Assembly (NCBI RefSeq): GCF_963921235.1
Contig: NC_086097.1
Location: 62,498,001-62,562,000 of the forward strand
DNA length: 64,000 nt
Source of the DNA: Mobula hypostoma
Taxonomy: Eukaryota
Reading direction: 5' to 3'
Shown: piece after piece, positions 34,905 to 47,878 of the stretch
Layout of the letters: each line of letters starts with the position of its first letter
Numbering within the stretch: the stretch's first letter is position 1
Notes under the pieces: generated by a model
Told to the model about the DNA's origin: nothing
What the model saw: only the letters and a program-made list of their open reading frames with translations
Databases searched by the model: none
Program-made: the position numbers and the translations under genes

Positions 34905-35470
34905 GCTGCAGAGACGGGAACAAACTAAAAAACATTAATTAGAAACTCCCTTTCTCAGGCAAGTCCACATCAGACAAGTGGAGGATGTTTAAAGATCAAT
35001 TGCACAGAGTACTGAAAGGTATATTCCTGTTAGAAGGAAGGATGGGAATGGAAAGATAAGAGAACCTTCAATGTCCAGAGAGGTGATGTATTTAGTCAAG
35101 AATGAAAAAGAAAAATGTGTAAAGCATCAGAAGTCAGCATCAAACGGAGCACATGAGGAGCATAAAGAAACCAGAAAAGAGTTCAAGAAGGGAATTAGAA
35201 AAGACAGGAGGGGCCATAAGGCATTCTACACATATATCAAGAGTAAAAGGATAACGAGGGAGAGGGTGAGGCCACTCACAGATAAAAGGGGGTAACATTT
35301 GCCCGGATGCAGAGAATGTGAGTGAGGTACTAATGAGTACTTTGCTTCAGTATTTACCAAGGGAAAGGATATGGAGGACCAGGAGATCAGTGCAAGATAA
35401 TTGAAGAGAGCCAGCATGGCTTTGTGCAGGGCAGATTGTGCCCTACCAGTTTGATTTAGTTCTTTGACAA
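34905..35470 (+). mobile_element. CR1 ORF2 fragments
   Basis: KAFYTYIKSKRITRERVRPL, VLMSTFASVFTKGK-like and SQHGFVQGR motifs. Confidence 0.8.
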
Positions 35471-36029
35471 GTTGATCAGAGAGGTTCCAATCAGCCTTGG
35501 GCATCAGTCCTGACCTCCAATGGACCATACATCTCAGCGTGGCTACAAACTGAGGATCCTAGTTTGGGTCAGTCTGCCTGAGATTTATTTGGCATGTTTT
35601 TAAGACATTTTGCCAATGACTCCAGGAAAGATTAAATAATCTTTAGATGACCTTTAAATAATCTTTAAAGTAAGTATCCAGCATAAAAATCTGTTCCTTT
35701 CTCTGTGAAGCAAGAGCACCAGCAGTAATTCTGACCAATGCCTTTGAAATTCTTGCCAAAAACAAGTTTTAGTTCTCCTGCTACTATTGGCAGCATTTGG
35801 ATTGGAAGAATTAACCAAAATGGCACAAGAAAGTAAAAAACATTTGCAGACAATTGTTCAATCATTATAAACTAGTAAATCACCCAGAAGTCTGTGCAAG
35901 ATGCCTCTTATGTGGTTTCTATCAGTTTGTGTTAGAAAGGGCCATAGGAAATGGACTATTAATCCAAGCATGTCACCACTGCTCAAATTCCACAAAAGAA
36001 TAAAAAGAAACAAATAACTGGTTTCATCT

Positions 36030-36200
36030 ATATCCTGTCACTTATATTCCTCCCACCCCCCTACCACCTTATTCTGGCTTCTGACCCCTTCTTTTACAAC
36101 CCTAATGAGGAGGGCTTGGCCCAAAAAATCAACTGTTTATTCCCCTCCATAAATATTGCCTTACTTGCTGAGTTCCTCTAGTATTTGTGTGTGCTGCACA
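36030..36200 (+). mobile_element. Penelope 3' end/pLTR remnant
   Basis: cctaatgaggagggcttggcccaaaaaatcaactgtttattcccctccat...gctgagttcctc, homologous to the 6226 arm. Confidence 0.6.
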
Positions 36201-37559
36201 CAATTGTGAAGCAATTGTTTTATCTTGTACTCCTTATGTACTAACATATATTGCATTCATATATATGATAAATATCATATAAGACTACTTAGGCAAGCAA
36301 TAATTCAGACAATTTTTATTGGTAACAAATTTAATGATTATTCATGTTTAGTCATTTCTGAGTATCATTGTGTACAGATCACCATTTTTTTACATTCTGG
36401 CATAATTAGGAAACAACTGCAAAATTGCCTACATTGCAAATAAAGTGCGATTATAAAATTTGAGATCTCTTATTCCAATTATATAGGAACTGATGAGACC
36501 ATTTCTGGAATACATGTGCACATAGTTGAACTCCCGAGATAAAGATAGAGGCAATGCAATAAAAAATATCCATATTTTTTTCCTGAGATGGTAAGAGAGA
36601 ATAGCAGACTGGATCAATACTCTCACAGGGTTAGAAGGACTGAGAAGTGATCTCATTGAAACATATATGACAGGGCAGAAATAAAGTTAATGCGTCCTCA
36701 CTTTGTTGTGTTGGCCAAGAAGGGTTTAAGGTATGGAAGGAAACGTCTAACTGGAATGAATCAAGGACAGTGGAAGTAGACAAGCCAAATGTCTTTGTTC
36801 TTGCCACGTGGTTGCAATAATGGAGGCTTTCATTTTGTGGAGCTACTCTGCCAACTCCATTTTGTGAAGAATTTTGAACTGGTTTTGCTCAGGAATAATT
36901 GTATCAAAGTGCTTAAAAGTAGACACTATGAGGCTCCTGGTAATCTGCTGAACTAGAGATCACTTCCAAATAAGAAGCCATTTGTGAGATGTTCTTTGGT
37001 AAGATTGAACATGCAATTTTATGAATAGGGGTGTCTGTGTCTGACCTGAGTAACATGAGCCTAGCAAATGGCTGATCTGCTCTGATTCAGAACAGAGACA
37101 TTATTTGCAAATTCTCACTTGCAGGAAGGACAATAAAGGATGCTGGCTTGGCCACAGCCTATGGAAAGATGACATACATTAGTCATATAGACCAGAGCCA
37201 ATAAGATCAAAACACGGCATTTGAACTGATGAGGAAAGACAATTATAATTAGGAATTTTGAAAGCCAGAGACTATCGCATGGAAGATGCCATGCAAGGTG
37301 CTGGGAGAATAGGGATCTATATTTGGCCAACAGAGATACTGTATTTTAGTGTTATAAATTGTAAAAATGGTCTGAGTGAGTATTGGTACAGAGGGAACAG
37401 TAGAATCCATGATTTTAGTTGTTGGCCTGGGGTCAACATAGTTGATATTTAAGGAGAAACAGTAATGTGCAAGCTTTGAATTAATTAAGAGTTGTACAGT
37501 GAATTACTTAATCTTGATCAGTTGATGATAGGTCAACAGTTGTCTAGAACTAGGGCTAC

Positions 37560-37825
37560 TGATATGAATTAAAGGTTCAACTATTTGAACTGAGATGAGA
37601 AAAATGTTCTTCCCTCTGAGAGAAGTAAATCTGGAATTTTCTACCGAAGTAACTGTAGAGGCTTCATCAATGAGTACCTGCAAGGTATAGACGAATAGAT
37701 TTTTAAGCATAAAGGTATTCCAAATATTTGGAGGAAAATGCCACCAAGGTAAAGGATCAGCCATGATTTTATTGAATAGCAGAGCAGATAAAAAGGGTCA
37801 AATATTCCACTCCTGCTTCTATTTG
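37560..37825 (+). mobile_element. CR1 3' end, decayed
   Basis: TEMRKMFFPLREVNLEF...; ggatcagccatgat...ctcctgcttctatt tail. Confidence 0.7.
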
Positions 37826-40059
37826 TATATTGTGCTGAATATAATGGCACATATTATATAAAATGTATCTGTACCAGATATTACATACATCAACTGGCAT
37901 ATAATTTTCATCTATTTTAATATGTAATACCAATATGTTGAGACATAAAATATCTACTGATGTACATAGCTCACTCACCTAATACTGTACAAAGATATTC
38001 ATCTCCTGATGAATATCATTGAGTCTTAACCAAATATATTTTTGATTCTGCACTTTACCTTTATTTGCAAGTGACTTATTAAAATGACTAAATGGTGTAA
38101 GATACTCAGTTAACATCAATAGTTTATGCAATAGTCACTTCAGCTTCTGTATTTTGCAGCTGCACCATGAGCTATTGAGGTGGACTTCTTGGAACCTTCA
38201 GGGTAAAACCATAATCAAATGTCAGCTTAGTGCAGATTGGTAGTGACAAGATTTTAAATCATAGTGGAAATAGCAGTGCTAAAAAGGCCTGAGGCTCAGA
38301 AGGAATGAATTGTGGTGACCTTTACTATAGAATGAAAAAGAAAGAAGGGAAGATTTCTGCTGCTTTAGTACTTATCTAATCCACAATTGTCATCAGTTAA
38401 ATGGGATATATAATACATAATTTAATATTGTTCTATTCATTGCCTTCCATCCTTTCTCATTTTACTACATTGGAATATTTTCCAGTGTTTATCATGGTTA
38501 GACGCTCCATTTAAATCCATTGTTAGTGGTAGGTGGGGGATTAACTTTAGAAAGCAGTACCATCATTCAGTCATTTATGGCTGCTTGTTAAATTTTGTGA
38601 TGCTCAGAAGAATTAATGTGCCAGTATCAAAAATGAAAAATAGTAAACTGGTAAATAATTGCTAGAGTTGAGCATTTGACCATAACTGATATATTTGCAC
38701 TCTGAAGAAAATGGATCTCAGAGTTAAAATTGTGCAGATACTCTCTTGCATTACAGTATCCAAAGTAGTCAGTAATATTGCTTACACATCAAATACTCTA
38801 ATTTGTCATTTTTATCATTTCATTCAATCTCCACCTGTAAATTAATGATGCTAAGCTTTTCTTATTTTAGACTTTAAATTCTACTGATGTATGTCCATTA
38901 AGAAAACCAGAGAAGACCCTTCTCTGACACTGTCAGAGCAGCTTGTAACCTATTATCATGTGAACCATCATCGCTGCCTTCAGCACAGCTGTGCTCTTCT
39001 CAGACAGGTAGGGGTTTAAAATGTTTTGAGCAATAGCTTCTTGCAGAGTGATGGGATTTTTTTTAAAAAGTACAAAAGCTATCTGTGAATGTACTTCTGC
39101 TGTAATAAGCTTAGAGGATGTATGAAAATCTATTTACACTTCAAGAAAATACATTGCTAAATTTTACAAATGATTATCGAGAAACAGAAGGATATCTGCT
39201 TCAGGTACTTCCGTCAGTTTGTGAGAGGTTAGTGAATATTTGGTTCAAGGGCCACTACTAGAAAACTCAGTGGCAAAAGAATGCTCAAGACATTTAATAT
39301 TATCTAACAGGCCCTGTGCTCTGAACACACTCCACCATTGTGCAGTTTTGAATGAAATCAGGTATATCCAGAGATGGTTGGTACTAAGCAAGGTAGCGAG
39401 TGGCTTGAAGGAAGTTGTGACAGACAGAGGAGGGGTAAGGGATATGTTTGGGATGGAAAAGATTTTTGTCATCCAGGAAATGCAGCAGGGATAATTCAAT
39501 TTGTCATAGGCTTTGAAAGGTAAAATTCCACGTTTTTTTCTTGCATTGGAAAGAAATCATTACAGTTTTCAGTGAACACAAATATTTGCAAATCGGATAT
39601 TCAGATCAACTCTGACATGAGCTGCAATTATAGTCCATCCCTAAATGTACTTGGGAGGTAGGAATGAGTTTCAGTCCTGATGTTGATGCTCCTACAAGGC
39701 TGGTTGCTGGATAAAGTACTCATGGATTTAGACCAAACAGGAATGAAGGATCAACAACATCTTTCAAAGTCAGGTTGGTATGAGAGCTGGTGGAGAACTT
39801 GTAGATGGCAACGTTCCAATGCACCCCTTGTCTTTGTCCTCAATGGTAGAGTTTGCTGGTTTGAGATGAGCTGTCATAGTAAATTGAGCAAGTATTAGGT
39901 GGTACAATGCAGCCACCGTGAGTTTGTGGTGTAGGAAATAAACATTATATGTATTACTTTTTGTATTATACAGAGAGATCTGACAGGGGCAAGAATTTTA
40001 ACAGAAAATGCAAGTTATTTAAATGCTGCTCCATTTTGGATCCCAGCATATTGACATTA

Positions 40060-40330
40060 GTTTCATATATTGTATGCACAGCTCAGGATCTAGTCTTCAC
40101 CAAGCAGAGACTGGCTGACCAAATTGATGAACACCTTTGTTCAGATCATGACCTTCAACTATCGGTCAATTGTTCTTTCAATACTCTGCCTACTCCTGCC
40201 GACCGGTCTGTCTTAGGCATTCTACAAGATCTCAATGGATGCTCAGTGAACAGCTCCTGTATACTGCCTTTTCAATTAACCACTTGATTAGCACTCTAGA
40301 TTTAATATTAAGATTCTCAATTTAAGCTCA
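40060..40330 (+). mobile_element. Decayed Penelope GIY-YIG endonuclease region
   Basis: ORF 39949: TKQRLADQIDEHLCS...VNCSFN...DRSVLGILQ resembles TKRRLxDRFxEH...HFN...DLSVLGL. Confidence 0.5.
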
Positions 40331-41149
40331 TAACCAAATCTAATTTTTTCTCACAGGAACAGCAATCATTTGTAATAACTATGCTACTTACATTTCCTCT
40401 AGATCCAGCATTTGTTGCTTTACCTACTTCATTTCCATGCCTTTTAATTTTGTACAAGTATCTCTTGTCACTTAATTTCTTTGATGACTTTTTCTCTCTT
40501 TCTCCCTTTCACTGAGCACTCATGTAAAATACGTTATAGTATTTTTTCAGCTCTCACGAAAGGACATTAAACTGGAATGTTAACTTACTTCCCTTTCCAG
40601 CCTGACTACCCAACCTGAACTCAAACATATGTTTAAGTTGAGCAAAGTGTATATAATACTAGAACATAATAGCCTGGCTTGGTACTCTCTCCAGGTCAGA
40701 ATGATTTGTTTGATATTTTCATGGACACCTATGTTCTTGATCAATAGCAGTGTACATGCACCATAGCAAGAATGTTTATCTGTTTTTCTGCAAATGCCCC
40801 TCAGCTGCTCAGGGGAAGAAAGCCATATTGTTGCTGAAGAAATGCAGTGCTTGTTCTGGTGATGATAAGCTTCCAGTGTTTCACCACCAACTGTCTGAAC
40901 ACTTACAATAAGAATTACAGTCGGTCACCAGGGCGTTAAACATCATGGCATCAAATAGCATAGGTCTGTTTACCGTGGTGCCTGGCTCCTAATGTTATAT
41001 ACACAATGCATGCATGACCACACAAGCAGAAGGACAAAATCTTGCATAGTGTGTGTTAATGCTTAAAGCAACCAGCAGATCAGGCAGCATGTTCAGAAAG
41101 AGCAATAGAATTAATGTTTCAAATAGAAGACCCTTCCGTTTCCCAGTAT

Positions 41150-42420
41150 TTGAATTGGTTTATAATTTTTACGTATACTAAATACAGGGAAAAGATTATC
41201 TTGTATACTATTCATATCGGTCAAATCAGTACACAATGCACTGAGGCAGAAGAGGGGAAAACAATAACAGAATAAATAAAGTGTAACTGCTACAGAGAAA
41301 GAGCAGCTGCAAGTAAACATCATGGAGCAAGAAAACGAGGTAGATTGTGAGGTTCAGCTTATCGTACTAGAGAATCATTCAATATTTTTGATAAAGATAA
41401 GTTAGAAGCTTGAATCTGGTGATAAATGATTTAAGACTTTTGTATCTTCAGCCCGATGGAAGAGCGGAGAAGAGAGTAGTTCGGGCTGGGTGAGATCTTT
41501 GTTTATGCTAGCTGTTTTACTGAGGAAGTGAGAAATATAGACAGTGTCCATGGAGGTGTGGCTGGTTTTTGTGATGTGCTGAGCTGTGTCCACAACTCTC
41601 TGCAGTTTCTTGTAGTCATGTGCAGAGCAGTTAGCATACCCAGCTGTTGGTGTACCTCCAGATAAGGTGATTTCTATGCTAGATTCATAAAAATTGGTAA
41701 GGGCTGACAGAGGCATTACACATTTCTTTAGACTTCTGAGGAAGCAGACGTGTTGGTGAGCTATGTTGGTCATGGTGTCTACATGCTTGGACCAGCAGGC
41801 TATTGGTGATGTTCACTTCTATGAACTTAAAGCTCTCAACCCTCTTAACCTCAACAATATTGATATAGACAATGACCAGCTGTTTAGTTTGGTTGACATT
41901 AAGGGATGTACAGGGAGTAGAGTAGGGAGTTGAGTGCACAGCTTTGTGGAGCATCAGCGGTTAGAAAAGTTGTGATGGAGGAGTTACTACCTATCATTAA
42001 CGATATTAATGTATTGCTCAGAAATTCAAGGACCAGTTGCAGAACATGGTGTTGACTCCCGAGGTCCAGAATTTGGTGATAATGTTTGCTTATAATTATA
42101 TTATTGAAGGTGGAGTCAACAAACAATAGTCTGTCTTTACTGTCCAGATCCTCTAGAGATGTTTATACGCCATAGACATGTTTTAACAGTAGGCAAATTG
42201 CCAATGGTCAACTTTGCTTGGAAAGCTGGAGTTAATACATCATGACCAGCACTTTATGATGGTGGATGTTAGAACACTAGGGGGTAGTTATTAAGGCATA
42301 TTATTTGTTTTTCTTAAGTATTGGGATGATAGAGGTATTGTTAGTGCAAATGGGAACCACAGATTGAAGCGAGGAAATATCTGCAAATACCTCACCAACT
42401 GATTTGCACAGAATGAAAGG
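41150..42420 (-). mobile_element. Rex1/Babar-type LINE fragment (RT to 3' end)
   Basis: ORFs 41402-41773 (NCSAHDYKKLQRVVDTAQHIT) and 41899-42126 (FVDSTFNNII..APQSCALNSLLYSLY). Confidence 0.85.
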
Positions 42421-43075
42421 GCATAGCCAAAGACACCATGGGCCCAATGTCTTCTGCAGGCTCACTCTGCTGAAGACAGATCAGCATTTTGATATTTAAA
42501 ACTTTTTCCTATCCATACTAGAACAAATAAGTATATGATCCCTTGTATCATGTAGTAATTAATTTTATCAGCATAAAGTACGCACTACATTGTTCTGACA
42601 AAACAGCTCCTTATTTCACCATTGTTAGCCGTATACTCCTACATTATGTTCCACAAGCTGACATACTGAATACAATGAACACTTCCAATTTACATTTTGC
42701 TAAAATTATCTTAAATTTCCTACCAGTACAAGTATTTTAATAACATTGCTAGTTCAACGCATATGTCCAGACTATCTGATTTTCTCACAGGCATACTGTA
42801 TCAGCCTGGACCAACTTATTTTCACAAGTGGATTACCAACACCTGTACACAGTATTCTGTTTTGCCTTAGAATTTCAGTCCAGACATTTACATTTTGTTC
42901 CACTCTGGATGCCTCACTGTGCCTAACATCCATCTTTGTGTGAACTGATGAGAATTTTCTACGAATCATTGTATTTCCATGCAGAAAATTCAAACTTTAT
43001 TTAAACAGAAAAGCAAACTTGACAAATAAAAAAGTTATTTATAAATTATACCTCTAATTCTGGTTTATAAATCAG

Positions 43076-43203
43076 CAAAATGTAATATCGTCAGTGTTGG
43101 TCTATTCGTAAGTGTATGTGTAAAATTATGAATGCACAAAATGTAATATTGTCAGCGTTAGTCTATTTGTAAGAGTATGTGTAAAATTATGAATGCACAA
43201 AAT
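43076..43203. repeat. Tandem duplication of a 61-bp unit
   Basis: caaaatgtaatatcgtcagtgttggtctattcgtaagtgtatgtgtaaaattatgaatgca at 43076-43136 and a variant at 43137-43197. Confidence 0.95.
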
Positions 43204-43661
43204 CTGTTCTATGACTTCATACTGTTCACCAAAGATTAAGAGCAAATCAGATTTCAGTATTGGGACCGGATGCGAGGACTAAGTGAATCCATATCTATTG
43301 CTGTTCTTGGTACATAATCTAACTTCTTTTTATAATATGGAATATGCAAAGTAAGCCTTTGAATATCCATAAGTAATCATTCAAAATTTATTATTGGCCC
43401 ATCTAGGGTGAATTTTATGCAAATTATGTATCAGCACAAGCATTCATTAGATAAATTTATATAATGTGAGATTTGAAATAAGTATTTGTGAACCGTTACA
43501 AACAAAATCATTGTAGTAGGTCCACATAATTTGTAACAGTTCAAATGCTGCTGTAATTTGTGTTAGCCTAAGGTTAGAATTTATATCAGCACAAGTACCA
43601 ACTAAAAAAAACCCGCATAAAAATGAGAAAATTAAATTCAGAATGGATCCACTTAAAGAAG

Positions 43662-46638
43662 TGTAACTCTCAATTCGGCTAGTGGCTTAATCCGGGGAAG
43701 GCAGCCCTCGGCCCGGCCAAACTTAAGAAATATTGTTTGGGTGGATACTACGTGATGTGTCCCCTGTTACAAATCAGTACCATGAAATAACAAACAGTAC
43801 AGAATATGTGATTAAACAATTGAGCTTTATAATTCTTAATTTGACTATATGGTTAGTAAAGAAACAAAAAAAGAAAAGGGCCCATTTTCATGAAACAGTC
43901 TAGTGCGCAAGGTTAGAGCTCACAGTTCAGTCCACTGGTTTCCCGTCCACCTTCAATTAGAGTAGTCAACCCTCGGACCCTCCCTCAAAGTCCACTCCAT
44001 CCGGCGGTCTACCAACTCTCACCATTCGCGGCTTCTCTCCCCAGCAAAAGACCGTGAAATCCCTGCTCCCAGACCCACAAGGAAGAACAATATCCCTCTC
44101 ATTAGATAGTCCCACATTCCAAAGCCCCATTATCTCTAGTCATAACACAAACATTGCTGCTACAGAGAAACCATTACATTAGCAGTGAAACCTTACAGTA
44201 TGTTACACTCTTCCCCCACCAAATTTAGTCATGTCCTCATGACATTGAGATAATTCACCAACCCTTCCTGCAAAACACAAAGTCCAATCCAGATGTAAAA
44301 GGCAGTGGCGTAGCTCCCCAACACGGTAGCAGTCACACTCTGTACCCCTGGTCCAGAGCTCCAGCCTATCCAGTGGTCTCCTAATTCTCTGAGACCTCCA
44401 TACCCCCTCACCTAACCCGTCAGGTTCAGACACTGCTGGGGATACTTCCGGTCTACTGGCGAGTCCTCCCCTGACCTAACACTCGTGCCCACCTGCAACT
44501 TGGACCCCTCTGTCCTGTGGCCAAGCCCCGCTGCAACCCAGGCTGTCCACAGATAGCCCCACCCCCCATTTTACCTGACTCAGTGGGAGAAGGGCTGGAA
44601 GTCTCTTCCTCAGTCAATGGGGAGTTAACACGTGCAGCATATAACCACACATCCAGTATCCCTCCAAATCAGTATCCCCCTCAGGGGTGGGGCCCAGCCC
44701 AGCCTCTCCCGCTGTGGGCCCTGCAATCACCCTGCGTTTCCGCAGAGTCCTCTTACTAGGTGTAGTCTCCAAGTTGGGCTCTGGGTCTACTTGCACCTCT
44801 TGTCCCGGAGCAGCAGGTGGTTCCGATGGAGAACCCTGACAGGCCCATTCCCCTCCTCTGGTTTCACTCGGAAAACTGGTAGGTTTGGCATTTGACTCTC
44901 CACCACATCGGGCTTAGCCACCCAATAGTCCGCCATCTTATGTTTCCCAGGTAGCCCCAAATTCCTTATGAGGACCGGTCTCCTGGCAGGAGTTGGGAGA
45001 ACCTCACCCTTTGAACATATCTCCTCTTATTTCCTCAATTCTGCTTGGCAGCCACGACCCCAGCTAATTCATAAGCCCATTCTAGCTCTTTTCTCATGTC
45101 AGACTCATACTTCAGGTAAGCCTTTGGTGGTAAGTTTCCCTCGTCAGTTTTTCTCGGAGGGCGACAGACTCCAGCTGACAAATGCAATGGGTCTCAACCC
45201 AGTGCCCTGAGCCTAATACAGCATGCCCTCTAAGCCCTCTCGGCTGGCATCCATGTTCAGTACATATGGCAATCGGGGGTCTGCACTGGCGCCTGAGTCA
45301 GCAGCTCCTTCAGCGACTGAAAGGCCTTCTCACATTTTGCATCCCACCTGCCAAAGGGCTCTGACAGGCTAAGATACTCTCCACCCTCTTGTTCTTTCTT
45401 CCCCAAGGGAGGACAACTGAACAGAAGCTGATTCAACGGGTGATTTCAACGAACCTCCGATAGTCACCAAAGAACCCAAGGAACGAGCGCAGAGCCCTCA
45501 TAGTCTGGGGTCTTGGCCAAGTGGTAATCGCCTCTATCTTAGCTGGATCAGTAGCTACTCCAATTCATAAGACTATGTGCCCAACATAGCTAACAGATGT
45601 TTGGCAGAACTCACACTTGTTCAGGGAGAGTTTTAACGCTTGAGCTTTCAGACGGCCCAGCACCTTCAGCAGCCTTGCTTTATGGTTTTCCAAGGTGGAT
45701 CCAAACACTATAACGTCATCCAGATGCACCAATACCTCAAGCAAGTTCATATCCCCCACTGTCTTCTCCATGACCCACTGGAAGTTTGTAGGGGCTCCCA
45801 ATATGCTCAGGGGCATCCTTTCAAACTAGAAGAATTCCAAGGAACATATAGATGCTGTCTTCTCTTTGTCAGCCTCATTCATGGGGATCTGGTAATAGCC
45901 ACTCCCCAATTCCAGCATACTGAACCACTTTGCACCACGCAGGCAGGCCAGCACGTCTTCAGTCCTTGGGACCATAAACTGAGCAGGGACGGTGCGCCTG
46001 TTCAGAGTCCTATAGTCCACACACATTCGTACCTTCCCATTCTTCTTTTGTGTCACTACTACTGGGGACGCATAGGGGCTTTGGGACTCGGTGATGATCC
46101 CAGCTTCCTTCAATTTACACAATTGTTGGCGAACATCCTCCACATCTGCAGGGGTCAGCCTCCATGACCACTCAATAAATGGGGTGTCCTCGGTCACCCG
46201 GGTAGTGTGACGGATGCTCTTGGAATAACCCACATCAAACTCATCAGAGGACAAAACACCCTCCAGCTTCAACATCTTCTCTTAATGCATGTTCTGAAAC
46301 CCCACCATGAGCTCCATTGGGCTTCTTGTTGGGCCAAAATCATTGTCCAGTGCTTGCATGTAATTGACAGCTGTCACTATGGGATGCCGCAACCTGACAG
46401 ATCTCACAACATCAATGTCAGCAGCCCACCCACTCAAACTCTCAACCAATTTCTGTCGCTTTACGTCATCAGAGCACTGCCACTCATCTAACAACTGAGA
46501 GGTCTGCTCCACCCAAGTCTCATACTCCTCTTCCCCTTTAGGGGTGGGCGTTATTCCAGAGAATGGGCGGAGGCTGCCATAGCTGCGAGTTTGAACCTGG
46601 CATTTTTCCATTTATTCGCCAGAGAGGTAGGGTTGCAT
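43662..46638 (-). mobile_element. Truncated, internally deleted Gypsy LTR element with PNMA-like Gag
   Basis: 3' LTR 43662-44207 with TGTAAC...GTTACA ends; PPT ggtgggggaagag; RT (SPYASPVVV..RMCVDYRTLN, VHLDDVIVF) at 45565-46275; gag at 46282-46611; no 5' LTR. Confidence 0.9.
46282..46611 (-). pseudogene. gag: PNMA (paraneoplastic Ma)-like Gag capsid fragment
   Basis: YGSLRPFSGITPTPKGEEEYETWVEQTSQLLDEWQCSDDVKRQKLVESLSGWAAD...YMQALDNDFG matches the Y..LR.FSG...GEE.FE.W....W...D.EK..RL.ESL.GPA pattern of PNMA-type Gag. Confidence 0.8.
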
Positions 46639-46640
46639 TA

Positions 46641-46934
46641 CGAGGGGGCGATTGATAAGTTTGTGGCCTAAGGTAGAGGGAGCCAATTTTAGAAAACCTA
46701 GCACATTTATTTTTCAACATAGTCCCCTCCTACATTTGCACACTTAGTCCAGCCTTCGTGGAGCATACGGATGCCTTCTTTGTAGGAGTCGGTGTCTTGG
46801 ACCTCCAGAAAGTGGTCCACAGCAGGGGTGATTGATAAGTTTGTGGCCTAAGGTAGAAGGAGATGAGTTATACAGCTCTCGTTGCATGCACGTGCAGTTC
46901 AACTCTTTGAGTGATTATGCAGAAAGTTTGAAGT
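46641..46934 (-). mobile_element. Mariner (Tc1/mariner) non-autonomous remnant, one end only
   Basis: TA followed by cgagggg terminus; minus strand encodes QDTDSYKEGIRMLHEGWTKCANVGGDYVEK*, a typical mariner transposase C-terminus; TIR-like sequence repeated at about 46823-46860. Confidence 0.85.
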
Positions 46935-47878
46935 CATCTTGAGGAAATACTGTACGTCAGTGTGCTACAGGATGAAGAGGAGCTATTTCTTCAACTGCCC
47001 CTAGTTTCTCCTTTACCCTTATCCTATTATGTCTGCAGATAGCAGAACAAATATGGTGACATACAACAATTTTTTGCTTTGTGAAGGATTGAATGTCAGT
47101 TTTAATCAGAGTTTTGTAGATATTAAACATTACAAATGAGAACCAGTGCAACAAGAAAAACTGCCGAGGGTTCTCAGCCTCAGGCAACATCTGTGAAGAG
47201 AGAAGGATAGTGAATATTTCAGATTGAGACCTTGTGACTGAAATCCATCAAGTCCCAATGCTTTGAGTCCCTGACCTGCTTATTCCTCCACATCCAGGCA
47301 TCTAACTCTTTTGTGTCTCCAAATGAGAATCAGTCTTCAACATAGGACAAGGATAACTACATGAATATGCACTAGTGTCTGTAGAGAGAGCTATTTTTGG
47401 TGTCTCGATTCCTGGTAAAGATGTACTTGTCACTCGAAATAGTCTCCCTTTGTAAATATGGATCCATTTTCCTCCACTGAAAATGAAGCAAGTTATATAA
47501 TTGCAACTACAGAAACCATATGCAATTATCTACTTAAACAGGATAAAACCTCAACATACTTTAAGTTCAGTGAGATTCTTTCAAGACTTCAAAAAGGCAA
47601 AAATTATACCAGTGCCTGAGAAGAATAATGTGAGCTGCCTTAATGACTGTCACCTGGTAGCACTCACATCAACAGTGATGAAATGCTTTGAGAGGTTGGT
47701 CATGACTAGACTGAACTCCTGCCTCAGCAAGGACCTGAACCCATTGCAATTTGCCTATCGCCACAATAGGTCAATGGCAGATAGAAACATAGAAACATAG
47801 AAAATAGGTGCAGGAGTAGGCCATTCGGCCCTTCGAGCCTGCACCGCCATTTATTATGATCATGGCTGATCATCCAAC

